Shown in pieces: positions 60,612 to 64,000 of a stretch of DNA of 64,000 bases; the stretch's first letter is position 1; each line of letters opens with the position of its first letter. Under the pieces are notes generated by a model. That model made no database searches. It saw only the letters and a program-made list of their open reading frames with translations, and had not been told where the DNA came from. The DNA lies in assembly GCA_963830915.1 (NCBI GenBank), contig CAWHOE010000010.1, forward strand, positions 1 to 64,000. Reading direction: 5' to 3'. A program made the position numbers and the translations under genes. The stretch comes from a candidate division FCPU426 bacterium (lineage in GTDB: Bacteria; Oederibacteriota; Muellerivitia; Muellerivitales; Muellerivitaceae).

Positions 60612-62222
60612 TTGCGTATAAGCTTACGACCTTTCCTTTTTCTCCTCTTGTTCGTTACGTTATTCACGATGGGCAGGGGCTGGGCTCAAAATCTAACTCT
60701 TCAAAAAAGCGCTTCTCCCTCTGTTTCCGCTTTTGGGGACACAGTCACCATCTGCATGACCCTTTCGGCCAATGTCACGATCAAAGCTGACATCGCATGG
60801 ATCATTGATGTCACTGGTTCCATGGGTGGAGCGCTAGGCAACATCATTAGCGACATTACGACATTTACCAACAATTTAGCTGCTGCAGGAATCGACTACC
60901 AAAATGGATTAGTTTGCTATAGGGATATCAATTATCCGGATTTGGCTGGAGAGCCGAACCTAGCTGTTTATCCCCTGACGAACAACAACGCAACCCTGAT
61001 CGCTGAATTGTCCGCACAATCAGCCGAGGGAGGGGGCGATACCCCCGAATCGGGGTTGGAAGGTCTCCAGGCCGCGGTTTCGGCAACGAATTATACCGAA
61101 CCGACTGTTCCGTTGAACTGGAGGCCTGACGCCTCCCACACAATGATCATGGTCACGGACGCGGGAGTTCATTCGGTCGAATTCGACGGGAAAAGCTCAC
61201 TTTCCTTTATTAATTTTCCCGCAAGCCTTGCCGCACAGGGGTTCAAGATCGACGCGATTAGTTCGGATTGCAGTATCGCTCCTAATACCTGTACTGATAG
61301 CGGGGCCGCCTGTACCTACTGCTCACCCGAAGTCATAGCTTCTTCAACTGGTGGAGTTTGGATGCCATTGTCATCTTCCGCTTCCGCCTGGGTCACTTTC
61401 ATGTCGACCTTGAGTTCGAGTGTGGAGAGCTATACCAACGTGGTCATTACTGATCCGCTTCCCGCTGGTTTGGTACCGATTCCTGGCATGTCGGGAGGGG
61501 CCAGTATTGTTGGCAATACACTTTCATGGACGATTCCGCTGGTATCTTTTGGTATGACTCCAACTCCCGTGGTGGAATGCGCGGCGGTCACTCTTTCCTC
61601 AAATATGCCAGGCACGATCTTGAACACCAGCTATGTCACGGCTTCCGGAGTCAGCCAGGTGACGGGAAACACAATTAGTATTATTAGTTACGGAACGACT
61701 CCTACGCCCACCTATACCCAAACCTTATCGCCAACCCCTACCTTAAGTCCCACTCAAACCTATACTCCCACGCAAACTTACACGCCCACCCAAACCTTTA
61801 CCCCTACCCAGACTTTCACACCTACCTTTACTGGAACAAACACCGATACCTTTACGGCCACCCTGACGGCCACAATAACCTGGACCAACACTCCGACCAT
61901 GACCCCTACCCAAACCAACACCTTTACGGTGACACCCACACCGACCATTCCCTTGAGGCTCTGGCCCAATCCTTATAACCCCAGCCTAGCGGTCGGGGGA
62001 ACCTTGAAGGTCGGTTTAATGCCCCCTGGTTCCACCTTCAGCATCTATACGGTTTCAGGAGAGCTGGTCTTCAAGGCCTCAGAGGTCCAGGGTTACGTTC
62101 ATTGGGACGATCGGAACCGATTTGGTTCGTTTGTTTCCGCTGGCATTTACTTCTATGTTGTTCAACAGGGCACTCAGACCCTCTTGACGGGCAAACTTTT
62201 GATAACTGGCAATAGTTCCTGA
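60612..62222 (+). CDS. Secreted VWA protein (paralog of 35651..37111) with Thr/Pro stalk and T9SS-A-like tail
   Basis: TTG after AAGGA; signal GWA-Q; DVTGSM, GGDTPE, VTDA; tail WPNPYNP...IYTVSGELV...WDDRN...GIYFY...GKL. Confidence 0.85.
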   Translation: MRISLRPFLFLLLFVTLFTMGRGWAQNLTLQKSASPSVSAFGDTVTICMTLSANVTIKADIAWIIDVTGSMGGALGNIISDITTFTNNLAAAGIDYQNGLVCYRDINYPDLAGEPNLAVYPLTNNNATLIAELSAQSAEGGGDTPESGLEGLQAAVSATNYTEPTVPLNWRPDASHTMIMVTDAGVHSVEFDGKSSLSFINFPASLAAQGFKIDAISSDCSIAPNTCTDSGAACTYCSPEVIASSTGGVWMPLSSSASAWVTFMSTLSSSVESYTNVVITDPLPAGLVPIPGMSGGASIVGNTLSWTIPLVSFGMTPTPVVECAAVTLSSNMPGTILNTSYVTASGVSQVTGNTISIISYGTTPTPTYTQTLSPTPTLSPTQTYTPTQTYTPTQTFTPTQTFTPTFTGTNTDTFTATLTATITWTNTPTMTPTQTNTFTVTPTPTIPLRLWPNPYNPSLAVGGTLKVGLMPPGSTFSIYTVSGELVFKASEVQGYVHWDDRNRFGSFVSAGIYFYVVQQGTQTLLTGKLLITGNSS

Positions 62223-62434
62223 GGTTTGGTGGTTTCCTGATTTTTTGTCATTCCTGTCCCTCATTCTAACAGGTGCTATCCACCAGGGGACTCTTCCGCT
62301 TCCCCTGGGACTTCCTGGTTGAAAACGTTTTTTCTAACTATATTGGCTCCCCGAACGAAGATTCGTTTCGGTTTTACTTGGCAAAAACCATATAATCGTT
62401 CGTCGGTCGCTAATCTCCGCCGGGGAACGAGAAC

Positions 62435-64000
62435 ATGGCGCAAGAACCACCCAAGATGACCCTTGAAGAATTGTTCACTCCTGTTGAATCGAATACCGCC
62501 TCTCCTGTTCTCCCCGCTCTCTCTGCCCCGGTCAATCCGCTTATCGGAAGGGAACGGGAACTTCAGGAAATCCGCTCCTTGCTGGAGGATCCTTCCTGCC
62601 GTCTCTTGAGTCTGGTGGGTCCGGGCGGGGTTGGTAAATCCCGTTTGGCTTTGCAAGTGGCGTTAGAAAGCAAAGGCCGTTTCGCCGATGGCGTCTGTTT
62701 CGTTTATTTGGTGTCCGTTCAATCCGCCGAACTCCTAGCCGCCGCAATCGCCAATGCTTTCAAGATCTCCTTTTATGGCCAGGAGGATATGAGAAAACAG
62801 GTCCTGAATTTCATGAGGGAAAAAGAAATTCTGCTTTTCCTGGATAATTTCGAGCACTTACTGGAGGAGTCGGATTGGTTGGTGAAGATCCGGGAGGAAT
62901 GCCCCAAAGTAAAGATTGTCGTGACCTCCCGGGAAAGCCTCGGTTTGAAAGGTGAAAGACTATTCATGGTCAAGGGCCTGCGATATCCCTCCGATGAGTC
63001 GGAAAAGGAAATCGATGGGTATGGGGCGGTCCAATTGTTCCAATTGGAAGCGAAGAATGCCCACGACGGGTTCATTGTGGAAGAGAATCAGAAACCCTAT
63101 CTGATCTCGTTATGTCAATTCCTCGATGGGATGCCCCTGGGGCTAGGGTTGGCAGCTTCCTGTGTGAAGACGCATAGCCTGGAAGACATCTTGACCGAGG
63201 TGAAGCACAACCGTGATTTTCTTGCGAGCACTTACGGGGATATCCCGGAAAGGCATCGAAGCATTCGGGCAGTATTCGAGTCTTCTTGGAATGCCTTGAC
63301 CCCGGGTAAAAAAACGGTACTCAGCCAACTATCGGTCTTTCAAAGTGGCTTCACCGGAGAGGCGTCACAGGCTGTAACAGGGGCTCCGGCCCCTCAGTTG
63401 ATGCTTTTGGCAGACAAATCCCTTTTGGAAAAATCCTCCACCGGTCGATTTAGCCTTCATCCCCTTCTCAAACAATATCTCGAGGAAAAATTGGAGGAGA
63501 CCCCGGAAATTCGGGAAAAAACCAGGGATAACTTAAGTGATTACTTCGCCGGCTTCGTTGGGGAGAGAGCTCTTTTGCTCCATGGGCCAAGGCAGAAGGA
63601 GGCCTTGGAAGATATCAAAATAGAGTCGGAAAATATACGGGTCGCCTGGACCCGTTTACTGGAAAAGGGACCGGCCGAGAAGGTGGAATTTTTCCTGGAT
63701 CCTATTTTCCTTTATTTCGAGGTGCGAGGCCTTTATGGGGAAGGGGAAAAGATATTCAACGCTGCCGCAAAGGTGGTCGCCGACAGGTTAGCCCGCGATG
63801 AATCGGCGCCTAGGGCTTTACGGGCGCTTTATGGCGACCTGACGGCTCGCCAGGGAACTTTCTTTTATCAACAGGGCGACAATGGCAGGGCTAACGAGAT
63901 CCTGCGGTCCAGTTTGACCCTTCTTCAGGAAGTGGGTTCGGGGAAACAGATTGCCTTCGCCGTTAACCACCTTTGTTTCGTACTTTCGCTGATCAGCGGG
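62435..64000 (+). CDS. STAND/NB-ARC ATPase (COG3903/AfsR-like) with start of TPR region, 3'-partial (absent from the ORF track)
   Basis: Hand translation from ATG 62435: LIGREREL, LVGPGGVGKSRLA (Walker A), RFADGV.FV.L, LLFLDNFEHL (Walker B), VTSRE.L, LDGMPLGLGLAA, RHRSIRAVF. Confidence 0.9.
   Translation, partial: MAQEPPKMTLEELFTPVESNTASPVLPALSAPVNPLIGRERELQEIRSLLEDPSCRLLSLVGPGGVGKSRLALQVALESKGRFADGVCFVYLVSVQSAELLAAAIANAFKISFYGQEDMRKQVLNFMREKEILLFLDNFEHLLEESDWLVKIREECPKVKIVVTSRESLGLKGERLFMVKGLRYPSDESEKEIDGYGAVQLFQLEAKNAHDGFIVEENQKPYLISLCQFLDGMPLGLGLAASCVKTHSLEDILTEVKHNRDFLASTYGDIPERHRSIRAVFESSWNALTPGKKTVLSQLSVFQSGFTGEASQAVTGAPAPQLMLLADKSLLEKSSTGRFSLHPLLKQYLEEKLEETPEIREKTRDNLSDYFAGFVGERALLLHGPRQKEALEDIKIESENIRVAWTRLLEKGPAEKVEFFLDPIFLYFEVRGLYGEGEKIFNAAAKVVADRLARDESAPRALRALYGDLTARQGTFFYQQGDNGRANEILRSSLTLLQEVGSGKQIAFAVNHLCFVLSLISG

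Overview
Chromosomal window from a diderm bacterium (two TonB-dependent receptors and an outer-membrane beta-barrel). It is GC-rich on the left and visibly more AT-rich towards the right. The Thr/Pro-linker plus FlgD-Ig architecture suggests a poorly characterised lineage such as FCPU426 or relatives, but that is a low-confidence guess. I see no rRNA, tRNA, CRISPR array, transposase or phage genes. The dominant theme is a modular cell-surface protein repertoire. (i) Five proteins have the layout passenger domain(s), Thr/Pro-rich stalk, then a conserved ~90-aa C-terminal FlgD-Ig/T9SS-type-A-like domain; four have visible N-terminal export signals and the fifth starts before the window. Passengers are Kelch, delta-60, VWA inserted in an isopeptide-type domain, and jelly-roll. 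(ii) Three lipoproteins lack that tail but share a C-x-x-K-[SA]-P-[ST]-x(0,1)-P-V-A N-terminus. Passengers, linker motifs, tails and even terminators appear shuffled among these genes. Also present: three tandem, independently terminated type IV pilins; a TBDR-YfiR-double hydrolase-membrane methyltransferase-exported PIMT cluster; deoC, GH10 xylanase, pit, NYN protein, ric (with a CRP/FNR-type class II site), an ABC exporter, umuDC (with a candidate SOS palindrome), tspO, a sulfatase-like protein, trpB2 and a partial STAND ATPase. Two +1 frameshifts (~2292 and ~8124) split otherwise intact genes.
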